A DNA stretch of 63,996 nucleotides, counting the filler, from an uncultured bacterium (GTDB lineage Bacteria > Auribacterota > CAZIXI01), in NCBI GenBank assembly GCA_964543115.1. It is 8 parts of 8 records of this genome, joined end to end, with 100 filler letters (N's around TTAATTAATTAA, not from the genome) between each part and the next. Parts side by side here need not be neighbours in the genome. Positions count along the whole stretch, not along the records: positions 8,499 to 16,888 come from CAZIXI010000153.1; positions 16,989 to 25,347 come from CAZIXI010000154.1; 6 more parts are not named here. One strand, given 5' to 3'. The notes under the pieces were generated by a model that was given only the letters and a program-made list of their open reading frames with translations, searched no databases and was not told the origin of the DNA. Positions 11,401-22,789 of the stretch are shown one piece after another. Both the position numbers and the translations under genes were made by a program. Numbering within the stretch: position 1 is the stretch's first letter; each line of letters opens with the position of its first letter.

Positions 11401-14400
11401 TCATAGCTGGACTTGACAGTCTTAACGGTAAAACCATTTTCATATACCTCACCCTCGTCCATAACACCATTATCGTTTGTGTCTTTAAAATATATTATCA
11501 TTGTTTCATTAGTACCGGAATTTGAACTGGAAAGATTAAACATGCCAGAGCTAAATGACTTGGTATTATTATCCAATTCTATTGTGGCCACCAGCAACCG
11601 GCGGCCGCCAACCTCCTGGTAAACATTATAAACAAACTTAGTGCCGAAACTCTCAACTCCTTCCGTATCACTGCCCCAGTAGTCTTCCCGGTAACTCACC
11701 AGGTCATTACCCACATAAACCATATCCGTGCGCTGGTACGAATAATCAGAAAGCGTGCCACCTGGTGTACCTTTCTTGCCCTTTTCATAGATGGCGATTA
11801 CCCGGCCCTGGGCGTCATATTCAAGCTGCTGATAATAATCCCGCACCTGGCAATCAGCATCCCCGCCACTGATATCCACGCTGTGGAACGCTACCAGCAT
11901 TCCGCCCGCATACACCATGCCGTCCCGGACCGTGCTGAAAAACTCCAATTTACCACTGTCCCCCTGGCGTTCCCCGGATTCCATATAGGCAACAACCTGG
12001 TTCTTATCATTATATTCTGTCCCCTCCCTGTGCAGCCAATAGCTATCCCCAACCTCGTTACCATAACCCACCTCATCCCAGCTTTCCGCCCGCCCCTGTT
12101 CATCAAAGGTCACATTGCTTCTGACAACTATTTTTACATGTCCGTCCGGCAGACCATGCTTATTCGCAAGCACACCGCCCATAAAATTCAGCAGGTTATT
12201 CATAGTATATTTTTCAAACTCATTTGCTCCCGCGCCTTCATATGTTATGCCGATAAAACCGGCAACATTGCCGGCGCTGTCATAACTCATATGTGTTTTT
12301 ATATCTATATAATCCGTCCCCGCCCTTGTGCCGTGTTCAATATAGGAAGTGATCCTGCCGAAAACATCATATTCCATTTCTGTTCTGGTATAATTGTAGG
12401 CCTCACCGTTCATTATCCCTGTCTCATTTATTTCCATTATCTGACCGTTTTCATACTCCATTGTGCGCACATATTCATAATAGTCATTACCCACAAAACC
12501 CTGTTCATGTATCTCTTTTACCTGTCCCAGGGCATCATAGGCAAGCTCCTGAGTAAAACTTTTCTTGCCCGTGGGCGTTTGCACAACATTGTAACTGGAT
12601 ACCTGTTCCCCCTTTTCGTTATAGCGCATATCCAATTCATATTTTACCGTAAAAGAATCAGCCTGCGTGCCGCCCTCAGTTTTGGTCTGACTGACTACCT
12701 GGCCCAGGCCGTTATATTCCCTGTCCCTAACGATGATCAGTTGATACTCGTCCATTTTGGACAGCATCTCTTCTTCCTCAAAGGCAACCTCTTCGCCTTT
12801 GAGTACTAACTCACCGTCTTCCGTGATCTCCACCGGGCCGTTGATCTCAATTGTGACACCGTTTAAATACATCTCTTTGTCTTCGGGATCCTTAAAAGCA
12901 ACCTCCAGTTCCTCAATATCCATAAATCCCAACTCGCCGTCTCCTGTAACATCCAACAGCTTAATTACCTTATCAATATCCCCACCATAATGAGCATCGG
13001 CAATGCCCTGTACGGCCTGCTGAAACGCAGCATGATCTTTCTGGGAAAGCGCGATTAAATCCGCCACCTGGATCAGCTCTTCCTCCGTTACATGCATATC
13101 ACCATTGAGATCACCAAGAATTAAGAAGTCAAAGGCAACTCCATTTATGTCCTCGGCCAGTTGCTGGATCTGTTCTTCATTGTCTATTTTGAACTTTGCC
13201 TTTCCTTCAAAGGCAATCTTTCCGCCCACACCGTTTTCATCCGTAAGAAAATCATCAATTTCATGCAAATGATACTTTTGTTCAATAAAATCACGGTCAG
13301 CTTGCTCCAGCAAACCATTACCGTCAAAATCCAGCATTGCAGTCGCCAGCTCTTCGTTGCCGCCAAAATATTTATCCACAATTTCAGCGTATGTGTCCAA
13401 CCCAATTTCCTTGAGCAGATTTTCGTACTTCTCATCGCCGGTTATACTCGCGATCACTAAAATGGCATTACTTAACTCTTCCCCATCCACCTTACCGTCA
13501 TTATTAATATCACCCATTAACACTGACACTTCTTTTTCTTCATATTGCACTTTTTGCAGGTCCAGAACAGCCATCACCTTATTTACGATACTGGTGACCT
13601 TGTTAACCGTATATCCTTTTTCCAAATAAACGCTCATGAAGTAGCCCTTCAATTCCTCTTTGGTATAGGTATTGCCATAAGCATCAATAAACTCCTTGCC
13701 CTCACCATCACTAACGGCATTTCCCTCTTCATCACGGATCCAATCCACAAAACCAACTATATCAACCACCGCCATGCCGTTAGCAACCATCTCCATAATT
13801 TCAGTTTCGCTGTAGCCCGAAGCCGCTAAGGCCTCCATTAAACCGCCGCCCCCTTTTATTCCCTTAAACTGCTTAACCACACCGGAAGCTGTCTGATGCA
13901 CTACCGTATAAGAATCCTTTACCCGGCCGAATTCATCATAGGTATAGGTCTCTTTCATCTGGCTGACAATATTATTCATGCTGCCGTATGAAATGGTATT
14001 TTTCTCCGTTATCTGGCCCAGACTGTCATGTTTTATATTGCTGATATACGAATAATTCGAAGAAATAAAACTGTCGCCAAGATACTTTTCAGAAACCATA
14101 GAGAAAGATTTCGCCAGTCCGTTTTCATCAAAAACCGTATGTGATTTGGTGGTAATGGTAGTCATGCCTGTGACCGCGTCAATCAGGGTCTCCGTACTGC
14201 CCACCTCATTACCGAACTGGTTATAGCTAATGTTGGTCTTATGCGAGGTTGTGGTGCTATCCAGCTCCACATAACTCTTATCCTTCTCTACCGTCAGCTC
14301 ATAACCACCTTCCGGAATACTTTCTTCACTTAAAGCAAGCATCATACCGGCACTCGCGGTATAGTTGACCGTAAAACCCGTCAGATCACCTATGCCCAGG

Positions 14401-16888
14401 TCAGCAGCAAATCCTGGCAGATCTAACGTATCATAAGTGGTGGTTCCCCAAGATACATATTTGTCATCACTGTAACCAACAAACTCTTCTTTGTAACCAT
14501 CTCCATCCTTATCTTCCCAAATCTCAAAATTTTCCCATTCATAATGGGCAGTATAAATCCTTAGCTGATTATCGGTCATTACCGTAAAATTAGTAATCAT
14601 CCCTTGCTCATCAACCTTTACCCCGCCAAGTTGGGCGTCTTTACTTACCACATCTAAGGCTTCAGTAACAAAACCCAACGTAATATTATTTACAAAATCC
14701 ATAGACATCACACCATCTTCTGTTTTTCCGTCTACATACATGAACATCCAGCCTTCAAGGTCGTTTCCTTGATTATCTTTTGTCTCACAATAGAATACCA
14801 CTCCGCAGAACTCCCCGTTCTCATCATAGGCAGCGGTAAAATTAGACAGATCAGCTTCGCCCCAATCTTTATCTTCCCAGTGCTCTGTTGCTGTTATTGC
14901 CAAATACCGTTCAGTATAGGTAAGTTGGTAATTACCGTATGTTTTTGTCGTTGCGTCTGGACTTTTTACAGTCATTGCACCATTCTTAGTGGCATCGCTG
15001 CCCTTCCCCTCAAGATCAGGGTATTCCTCCGCATCAGGATCAGCACCTTCTTCAATCTCTGACCAGCTGATACCCTCAATAATATGAAACTCGCCGTTGC
15101 CCTGCACATAGGTAAAGCTTTTAATCAGGCGGTCCTCATTCAGCTGAATGTTCTGAATGCTATCGATAACATTCTTTTTATTAGTTTCATTCTGAAAATA
15201 TGCCTCTATATGCTTTCCCTGCCACGCAAAGATATTAATCTTTGTTTTTTTACCTGCCAGTGTAACCTCAACCTCAGCCTGATCTCCTTCTGTTTTATAC
15301 AGCATACAATCATCAATCGCCTCTACAATAGCAGCAAGGTCCTCCTCACTTAATGCGCTTATATCCACTTTTATCTTTTCACCGGTTTCTGCGTCTTCAG
15401 CATTCATTATATGTAAAGGATTGTCATCCCACTCATTTTTAATTTCCGGCATACCGAAAAATTCAAAGAATTTTTCTATCTCAAATATCTCTTCACTATA
15501 GCTTATCGTGCCATCAGCATTCTGCTTTATATCATACACATAGTGGTATTTCTGCGTTTCTTCGTCAAAATAGGTGTAACTGCCCAGCGCGGCCATGGTT
15601 TCAATGGCATCCTGAATGGATGCTTCGGTTAAGGTAATCACTTTACCCTCCACATCCACACTCTGGCCGGCCAACAGTTTCTGTTTCTGTTCATTACTCA
15701 GATCCGCCAGGCTGATTTCCACCTGATTACCCTGCGCGTCCGTACCAATCAGCTTTGTTTCTTCCACAATATCCCGGCCCTTCTCCTGGTGCTGATTGAC
15801 AATATCTATCTTCTGCCCCAGATAGTTGTATTCAGTACCCTTTACCGTATCCACCATCAGTTTGTTGGGCGCGTCACTCATTACTGTATAGGTGGTAGAC
15901 TTATCTTCTAACCCCCAGCTATTGTAGAGCGTACGCTCCTTATAAACGGAATACGCTTTGTGCAATCCTTGAACTTCTGTACCCAGCGTTGCCTCAATCT
16001 GCAGTTTGGTTTCCCCAGATACTTCTGCTTCCGCCTCTAACCCCAGCACCTCCTTGGCTTTATCCACTTTGCCGATGGTGTTCATACCTTCCACATGGTC
16101 GTGTGACTGTTGAAACACATTACCTTCTTCATCCGTCCAGGTGTCAATATTCTCATCCCAGCCCCAGATCGTGCCGTCTTCATTATACCAGGTATCAGAA
16201 ATCACATGTTTCTTCCCGTCTTCATCGGTCCAAGTAGCTTTTTTAACAGCTCCTTCTTTCTTACTGACAATATAGCCTTCTTCCCCAACTGATTTTTCGC
16301 TTACATCCTCTGCCGTATAATAGGCAATATCTACTCCAGTAACAGTCTTTTCATTGCCATACTCATCTTTTACCGTAACCGAGTCCGCACTCTTTAATTT
16401 GCCTGTCTCCTCGTCCCATTTAGCCCCTGCTATGGTATAGGTATTACCATCTTCATCTGTCCAGGTATCAGTATCCTGGAAATTTTCCATTTTAAGTTTA
16501 TCAAAATCCACCGGCAGGCCCGATTCTACCACCAGCTCGCCAATGGCAATTTCCACGGATTCGCCTTTCATCAGTTTCATCATGTCTTCCGGGCCCAATC
16601 CCAGCTGAACCGCCTTTTCCGCATCCAGAACAATGGTTTTCTCTTCCCCGCCAATAACCAGCGTAACAACAAGGTTCTGCAACATATTCTCTTTTACCCC
16701 CACACCTATCTCTTTCACATTCATAATATTCGAATATTCCCGCCCCCTCACGTCATACATCGTACCCAGCTGCTGCGTCATCGTAAACTTATCAGGAGAA
16801 GCGCTGGCCAGCGCGAAACGCGTGGCATTCACCCTTCGGCCCAGGCTGTCGTAGGCAATATCCTTTTCCAAAACCTCTGATGACATAT
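8499..16888 (-). CDS. Internal fragment (about 2,800 aa) of a giant acidic protein with YD/RHS-like beta-hairpin repeats and dockerin-like/EF-hand Ca-binding motifs
   Basis: One stop-free frame spans the whole contig. Repeats include YDSLGR, YNSWGL, YDEFGRV, YNGLGQV, YDALGQV, YDVFGRI, YDAQGRV. Dx(D/N)xDG motifs include GDINNDGKVDGEEL, DFDGNGLLEQAD, GDLNGDMHVTEEEL, DVTGDGELGFMD. Confidence 0.85.
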
Positions 16889-16988
16889 NNNNNNNNNNNN
16901 NNNNNNNNNNNNNNNNNNNNNNNNNNNNNNNNTTAATTAATTAANNNNNNNNNNNNNNNNNNNNNNNNNNNNNNNNNNNNNNNNNNNN
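16889..16988. other. Artificial contig linker
   Basis: 44 N + TTAATTAATTAA + 44 N. Confidence 0.98.
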
Positions 16989-17184
16989 CCTGTCTTTCCC
17001 TGTCCTGAGGGGGAGAATGCCTAAACGACATTTCCCTCCCCTGACCGGAAGGCCTGTTCACCAACGTGTCCACCTTTTTCTCTAATGAGGCCAACTGCTC
17101 CTGTATCTCGGTAAAGAGATCAGCTATATCCGCCTCAACCTGCCTCTTACTCAAAACCTTTTTCTTACTGGAACGTTTTTTCAA
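16989..17184 (-). CDS. Hypothetical protein, 3'-partial. Coiled-coil N-terminus of the kind that can precede a CxxC-x17-CxxC zinc domain
   Basis: MKKRSSKKK...DIADLFTEIQEQLASLEKKVDTLVNR. Runs into the contig end, so no zinc domain is visible. Confidence 0.55.
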
Positions 17185-17398
17185 AATAACCCCATAGTAA
17201 ATTACACTAGAAACCCCTAAACATTTTTCCGTCTTCTTTAAAAAGCAACCACCGGCGCCTTTTACTCAAAAAAGAATATTTAATAGCAGCCCCAAGCTTC
17301 GCCTGGGACTGCTATTATTGGCATGGACATAAACTGGCCCTTGATAAATACGTTAAGCAATCATACGTATTCGCAAAAGCCCAACATACTCTCTTCTG

Positions 17399-17566
17399 TT
17401 AACGTCCCTCATTCTTGCGCTTTGAAAAACAATCCCGGCAATATACCGGACGGCCTTCTTTGGGTTTAAAAGGCACTTCACATTCATTCTTACATTCCTC
17501 GCAAATCGCTTTATGCATCTCGCGCGGACTTCCGCCGAATCCACCTCTATCTTGTTGATATCCCAT
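17399..17566 (-). CDS. CxxC-x17-CxxC zinc-ribbon protein (55 aa)
   Basis: SD GGAGG before ATG 17566. Sequence MGYQQDRGGFGGSPREMHKAICEECKNECEVPFKPKEGRPVYCRDCFSKRKNEGR. Confidence 0.85.
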   Translation of the reverse strand: MGYQQDRGGFGGSPREMHKAICEECKNECEVPFKPKEGRPVYCRDCFSKRKNEGR

Positions 17567-17651
17567 ACTACCTCCTTTGTAGTTGTGGTAAGATTGTTTA
17601 GCCCTTGAACTAATAATCACAGGACTTTCACAAATATTTTTAAATGTTTCT

Positions 17652-17819
17652 TTACACTGCCGCGTCACCAGCATTAGGAGCCAACCCTGAGCCCCCCCCC
17701 TCAGAAGCTGCCTTTAGATTTTTTTTAGCCAGTTTTCTCTGTTTCTTCTCTTCTTTTTTCTTTTTCTTTGCTAACTCTTTCCGATACTTATTATATGAAT
17801 AATTATCTTTTGCCAACAT
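17652..17819 (-). CDS. Small lysine-rich protein (55 aa), absent from the supplied ORF track
   Basis: SD AAGGAGGA before ATG. Sequence MLAKDNYSYNKYRKELAKKKKKEEKKQRKLAKKNLKAASEGGGSGLAPNAGDAAV. Has its own promoter-like element upstream. Confidence 0.65.
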   Translation of the reverse strand: MLAKDNYSYNKYRKELAKKKKKEEKKQRKLAKKNLKAASEGGGSGLAPNAGDAAV

Positions 17820-17878
17820 ATCCTCCTTTTATCCGAATTTGGACCGCCCATTCCACCTAACATCAATGCGCAGTCAAG

Positions 17879-17907
17879 ATTCTACCCTAGACAGAAATCC
17901 TTTACAA
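17879..17907 (-). promoter_or_regulatory. sigma70-type promoter for the small Lys-rich/CxxC genes
   Basis: On the minus strand: TTGTAA, 17-bp spacer, TAGAAT, about 60 bp upstream of ATG 17819. Confidence 0.6.
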
Positions 17908-17986
17908 CATACTTTTATTTTTTCTCACATCCCGGATTCTCCCGCTACCCGCTCAAAAAAGCCTGAAAGAATTTACGCACTCTTAC

Positions 17987-18370
17987 CTAACTAATAGCGC
18001 TCGGCGTGAAATTTTCATCCAACCACAACGCCACTATCATCTTCACTGGAAACTTCCATGAAGCAACAATACTCACAGCTTTTCTCAGCTGCTCTTTTTG
18101 CGCATCTTCGCTTGCCGGATTCCCCGCGCAATCATGATGCGCAGCAATGACAATAAGTCCGGAATTGTGTTTTTCAACGGATATTTCTACCTTTTTCCTC
18201 ATAGATGCAATAATACTTTCATCTTTCCCTTCCGCTAATATCTTATTAGGTCCCGGCTCTGTAATTGCATCGACATAATCAACTCTGAAATTCTTCTGTA
18301 TATAGTCTGTAACCGGTTTTTGAACACGGCCATCCATGCAATTTATAGCTGTTGCAAATTCTTTAGCCAT
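17987..18370 (-). CDS. Small beta-class carbonic anhydrase-like protein
   Basis: NCMDGRV (CxDxR) and HHDC (HxxC) zinc-ligand motifs. Confidence 0.75.
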   Translation of the reverse strand: MAKEFATAINCMDGRVQKPVTDYIQKNFRVDYVDAITEPGPNKILAEGKDESIIASMRKKVEISVEKHNSGLIVIAAHHDCAGNPASEDAQKEQLRKAVSIVASWKFPVKMIVALWLDENFTPSAIS

Positions 18371-19645
18371 TTAATTACCCTTTCCCGCGCGATTCCGCCT
18401 ATGAAAGCGCCCCGGCCGCGGCTTAAATCGCTTCCTGAATTTTTTATGCGCAGGGCGCTGCGGCACATTACTGAATTGCTGCGCGGAAATCTCCGGGTGC
18501 TTAACAATCGGCAATTGTGTCCGGATAATCTTTTCGATGTCCATTACATCTCTTTTCTGGTCCGGAGTGGCAAAAGATATCGCATAGCCCTCATGCCCTG
18601 CTCTACCCGTACGGCCGATACGATGCACGTAGTTTTGCGCGTCGTCCGGTAAATCAAAATTGATTACCAATTCTATTCCGGTAACATCAATACCCCGGGC
18701 AGCGATATCCGTAGCCACTAAGACCTTGTACCTGCCGGATTTAAAACCTTCTAAGGCCGCGCTGCGCTGAGGGAGTGTGCGATTAGAATGAATTTCCGCG
18801 GCACTATAATTCATATTCCTGATCGCCCGAGTAATCTTTCCGGCATTATATTTAGTGCGTGTAAATAAAAGTACCGCTCCATTATATTGCGCCAATAGCT
18901 TCCTTAAAAGCTTTAATTTGACTTCTTTTTTAACAATAAACAATTCCTGCGTTATCCGTCTAGCAGCAGTGCCGGATGGAGCAATCTCAACAGACACCGG
19001 AAGTTTCATATGTTTAGCGGCAATCTTCACGATCTCTGGCGGTATGGTAGCTGAAAAAAGCATGGTCTGTCTTTCTTTGGGAATTGACCGCAAAATTAAA
19101 TCTATCTGTGGGGCAAAGCCCATATCCAGCATCCTATCAGCTTCATCAAGAACCAAGATTATTGCTTCTTCAGGCAAAACGTTCCAATTACGTACGTGGT
19201 CTAAATATCTGCCGGGAGTCGCGATTATTACCCGCGGATTCTTGCGAAGCATCTTAATCTGTGGCTGTATAGGAGCGCCTCCAATAAGACATGCCGTTTG
19301 CATCCCACAGTTAAACGCTATTGGCCAGAGAGCTTCATCAATCTGTATAGCTAATTCACGCGTGGGCGCAAGCACCAGGCCTGTCCCTTTTTTCTGCGCC
19401 AGTCCCTGCACCATAGGTATCCCAAAGGCCAGCGTCTTGCCCGTTCCTGTCTGGGCAACGCCAATAATGTCCTTACCCTGAATTCCCGGAGGAATCGCTC
19501 TAAACTGAATAGGTGTTGGCACCTTAAACTTTTCCCGCTCAAGAATATCCAAAATCTTCGGCGCTATACCCAAGCCATAAAAATCATGCTCGGGTTGCTC
19601 AACAGCCTGTTTAATATTATCCTTATGCTCTGCTCTATTCTTCAC
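18371..19645 (-). CDS. DEAD-box ATP-dependent RNA helicase (RhlE/DeaD-like)
   Basis: Q motif PTPIQ, AQTGTGKT, PTRELA, TPGR, DEAD, SAT, ARGID, HRIGRTGRAG, basic C-terminal tail. Confidence 0.95.
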   Translation of the reverse strand: MKNRAEHKDNIKQAVEQPEHDFYGLGIAPKILDILEREKFKVPTPIQFRAIPPGIQGKDIIGVAQTGTGKTLAFGIPMVQGLAQKKGTGLVLAPTRELAIQIDEALWPIAFNCGMQTACLIGGAPIQPQIKMLRKNPRVIIATPGRYLDHVRNWNVLPEEAIILVLDEADRMLDMGFAPQIDLILRSIPKERQTMLFSATIPPEIVKIAAKHMKLPVSVEIAPSGTAARRITQELFIVKKEVKLKLLRKLLAQYNGAVLLFTRTKYNAGKITRAIRNMNYSAAEIHSNRTLPQRSAALEGFKSGRYKVLVATDIAARGIDVTGIELVINFDLPDDAQNYVHRIGRTGRAGHEGYAISFATPDQKRDVMDIEKIIRTQLPIVKHPEISAQQFSNVPQRPAHKKFRKRFKPRPGRFHRRNRAGKGN

Positions 19646-19798
19646 AATATTCGCATTCCTTATTTACCCTAAGAGAACCAGATAAACTATACAAATTTTT
19701 ATTTTTTCCAACCATGCCATAGTGATGCGGCGGTAAGTTGATAAAAGGAATTTAGCAATCCCCTTATCTTTTTTACGGATAATTCTATATAGTTCAAA

Positions 19799-20071
19799 TT
19801 ATTTTAGTCTATCATCTACTACAGGGACAAGAAAAGAACTTACGTAGAGATTTCCTTCCGCTCTAAGCGAATGCATTGTTCCAACAGGAACAATAAATGA
19901 TTTACCTACACTTAACTCTACTTCCCCATCTTCTAAAACTCCAAAACCAGAGCCTTTGATACAGTAAAATATTTCATCCTGATCCGCATGTTTATGAAGA
20001 GGAACTTTTTTGTCTGAAGTAAGATGATATACATTTGTCACAATAGATTCTTTAATAGAATTTAAATCCAT
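19799..20071 (-). CDS. Cupin-domain protein
   Basis: PLHKHADQDEIFYCIKGSG...G..FIVPVGTMH cupin motifs. Confidence 0.85.
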   Translation of the reverse strand: MDLNSIKESIVTNVYHLTSDKKVPLHKHADQDEIFYCIKGSGFGVLEDGEVELSVGKSFIVPVGTMHSLRAEGNLYVSSFLVPVVDDRLK

Positions 20072-20074
20072 ATA

Positions 20075-20233
20075 TTACTCCTTTTCTGTATTTTTATCTA
20101 CTTCTAGATTAATTTCACCCTTTTTCATTATATACTTTCTCGGTATTACACATCCTTCAGCACCAGGTTTGCATTTCTTGTTTCTTAATTCACAAAAACA
20201 ATCTTCTATTTGATTAGGACAGGACCAACTCAT
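20075..20233 (-). CDS. Small Cys-rich hypothetical protein (52 aa)
   Basis: MSWSCPNQIEDCFCELRNKKCKPGAEGCVIP...; its stop lies 4 bp from the cupin ATG, which suggests coupling. Confidence 0.55.
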   Translation of the reverse strand: MSWSCPNQIEDCFCELRNKKCKPGAEGCVIPRKYIMKKGEINLEVDKNTEKE

Positions 20234-20309
20234 ATTATTTGTTTTGTATAACAAAAAACTATTACCATACATTTATCTGCAATAGCTTATATTTATCGGG
20301 GTCGGGGGG

Positions 20310-20357
20310 CAGTCTATATCCATTCAATCATAGCAGTCCCCCGATGAAATCGGGGGA
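20310..20357. repeat. Intergenic palindromic repeat (family also at 62807-62917 and 17282-17316)
   Basis: CAGTCTATATCCATTCA and GCAGTCCCCCGATG(A/G)AATCGGGGGA are shared with 62807-62823 and 62874-62898. Confidence 0.7.
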
Positions 20358-20367
20358 TAGAGCAAGC

Positions 20368-20431
20368 TAGAACCTGTTTGAGTTTAGAATGAGCTACCTT
20401 TTAATAAATTTTTTTTCATTTTAGCAGGTTT
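20368..20431 (+). repeat. Degenerate direct repeat, copy A (copy B at 22790-22855)
   Basis: TAGAACCTGTTTG..TTAGAA..AGCT.CCTTTT...TTAGCAGGTTT occurs on both sides of CDS 20683-22677. Confidence 0.65.
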
Positions 20432-20682
20432 TTCGCTATTCTGCACTATTTTAAGTATTATCATAAAGTTATGCTCTAAATGCTATAACGTCACATAACA
20501 TAAAGTGTAACAAAATGGAGCAATTTTCCTTCTCTCTTGATACATGCTCATTAAAGCTACATCTTGTAACATTTTGGCACCCATACACTTAGATCGTTTT
20601 TGTAAACAATTTAACCATTTGGTATATATTTTGCATTATTACAGGTAGAGCAAAACACATCAAAAACAAGGGGGGGGTAAAA

Positions 20683-22677
20683 ATGAAAAAAAGAATAATT
20701 AGCAACGCTTTTTTGATAGTGATTTTTATCATCGGTATTTATTCCTTTATTGCCCATAAGACACTTTTGGCTGATGTAGAAATCGCTCAGCCAGAAGATA
20801 GCTTGATGTGGCGCGAAAACGGAGTTCCTGTATGTGTCACCGATGATGAACAAGAGGATATTAGAATAGTTCCTGACAACAATTCAGGCGCTATTATTGT
20901 ATGGAAAAATTTATTTGGCGACGAATCAGAATTACGCGCTCAAAGAATAGATGCTGGAGGCCGTAGAATGTGGATGCCTGAAGAAGGAGTGTTAATATAT
21001 GACAATATTAGAGAAGCAACAAATTACTGTATAACCTCAAATAATAACGGCGGTGCAATAATTGTATGGGAAGATGGGCCTCGTGATGGAAGCGATATAT
21101 ATGCACAGAATATTGATGAAGATGGAAACCTTTTATGGGATCCAAACGGTATAGCAATATGCACTGCTCCTGGATCACAATATGCCCCGGACATCTTATC
21201 TGATAATGATGGTAATGCTATTATTGTTTGGACTGACTACCGCGGCCGAAATACGGATATCTTCGCCCATAGAATCGATCCGGAAGGGCAAAAAATTTGG
21301 AACGTACGAAATGGAATACCAATAGCAACTCGTTTTGACAACCAAACGAACCCACATATTTTTGCGGATGGTAACGGAGGAGCTATTATTACCTGGCAAG
21401 ATTACATGCGGGATGACGTCAGACCTTACGACATACTCTATGGCATTATTCGCGCACAGCGTATTAATGATAATGGAGAGAAATTATGGAATCCTGATAG
21501 TATTGCCATAGGAGCATCTGGTTGGTTACCTACAAAATATGATTTAATTCATAATAATAACGGTGGTTTCATTCTTGTAACCGAAACAGGAGGAATTGAA
21601 CCTTTCGAAAGAATAGATATATCTGTACGCTATTTTGATAGCAACGGCGAACGGCAAGACACATTTGATATTCTTGGCCGTCAAAGGGTACGATGGCATA
21701 GAAGAAGGGCGAATCACAGATGTCCTCGTTTAATTTCGGACGCCAGTGGCAATATTATTGTTTTGCGCCACGAACACAACCAAAACAATTATTCTATTTA
21801 CCTGACAAAAATAAATTCAGAAAGACGAATTCTGGGCGAAGTGCTAATAGGCAGTACAGCAATGGTTGGAAACAATTTTCCTACCGAGTTGGTCTCAGAT
21901 GGTAACGGAGGGGCTATTGTTATATGGAAAGATAATATTTCTAATGAATTTCGCATACAGCATGTAGATACAAATGGCGACCTACAATTCCCTGAAAATG
22001 GATTTAGAGTAGGTAATGGAAATGAACTTGCAGGCAAACCGGGTATAATTACAGATGGTACTGGAGGGGCAATTACAACTTGGCTAGATACACGTAACAA
22101 CAATAAAGATATATTTGCACAGAGAATTAAAGGATTAAACAATTTAGGTTTTGAATTAGGTAATTTTAACTATTGGACCATAAGCGATAATGCCCATAAT
22201 GAAAGAAATACTAGAGTTATAACTGACCTTGAAGGAGAAGTAGAATCTTACGAAGGGAATTATATGGGATTTATAAGTAACTTATTACAACCAGAAGGCG
22301 AGGAAGTAACTATAACTTCTCCTTGGATTACCGTACCAGAAGAAGGTTGTTATATAAGTTTCCGCTGGAAATTACTAACAAGTGAATTTCCCGGCAATAA
22401 CAATATATACAATGATACGTTTATAATTAGAGAAGAAATAGAGGGTCTAAGAACTACTGAACTTTCAGTAGGTGTGAATTGCTGTTTCGAATCTGGCTGG
22501 TTTATGGAAAATAATGTTGCAGGATTTCAACATGCAACAAGATTTAAAGTTTTAAGACATAGATTATTTTGCCCTCCTGGGAGTCGAGTGCGGTTTCATT
22601 TTTCAGTGAAGAATATAGGTGATGACCAGGTTTCTACTGCTGTCTTAATTGATGATATACGTATTGCTGTTAGATAG
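20683..22677 (+). CDS. Secreted protein: beta-propeller-like repeats plus C-terminal beta-sandwich (CBM-like) domain
   Basis: Signal peptide MKKRIISNAFLIVIFIIGIYSFIA. About 6-7 repeats of the form (S/A/T)DG.GGAII.W.D.R....DI(Y/F)AQR(I). Visibly AT-rich. Confidence 0.75.
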   Translation: MKKRIISNAFLIVIFIIGIYSFIAHKTLLADVEIAQPEDSLMWRENGVPVCVTDDEQEDIRIVPDNNSGAIIVWKNLFGDESELRAQRIDAGGRRMWMPEEGVLIYDNIREATNYCITSNNNGGAIIVWEDGPRDGSDIYAQNIDEDGNLLWDPNGIAICTAPGSQYAPDILSDNDGNAIIVWTDYRGRNTDIFAHRIDPEGQKIWNVRNGIPIATRFDNQTNPHIFADGNGGAIITWQDYMRDDVRPYDILYGIIRAQRINDNGEKLWNPDSIAIGASGWLPTKYDLIHNNNGGFILVTETGGIEPFERIDISVRYFDSNGERQDTFDILGRQRVRWHRRRANHRCPRLISDASGNIIVLRHEHNQNNYSIYLTKINSERRILGEVLIGSTAMVGNNFPTELVSDGNGGAIVIWKDNISNEFRIQHVDTNGDLQFPENGFRVGNGNELAGKPGIITDGTGGAITTWLDTRNNNKDIFAQRIKGLNNLGFELGNFNYWTISDNAHNERNTRVITDLEGEVESYEGNYMGFISNLLQPEGEEVTITSPWITVPEEGCYISFRWKLLTSEFPGNNNIYNDTFIIREEIEGLRTTELSVGVNCCFESGWFMENNVAGFQHATRFKVLRHRLFCPPGSRVRFHFSVKNIGDDQVSTAVLIDDIRIAVR

Positions 22678-22789
22678 GCAACAATAAATGTAGTATTCCG
22701 CTCGACACTAGACTTTCAAGCTGCGCTTGAAAGTATTAGCAGTCTCCACTGCGAGAATATAAATATTTTGGTCGCTGGCAAGGCTTAGT

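Noticed and set aside
8499..16888. RHS polymorphic toxin
   Set aside because: The YD-like motifs are sparse and interrupted. No PxxxxDPxG core end, toxin tip or immunity gene is visible in this fragment.
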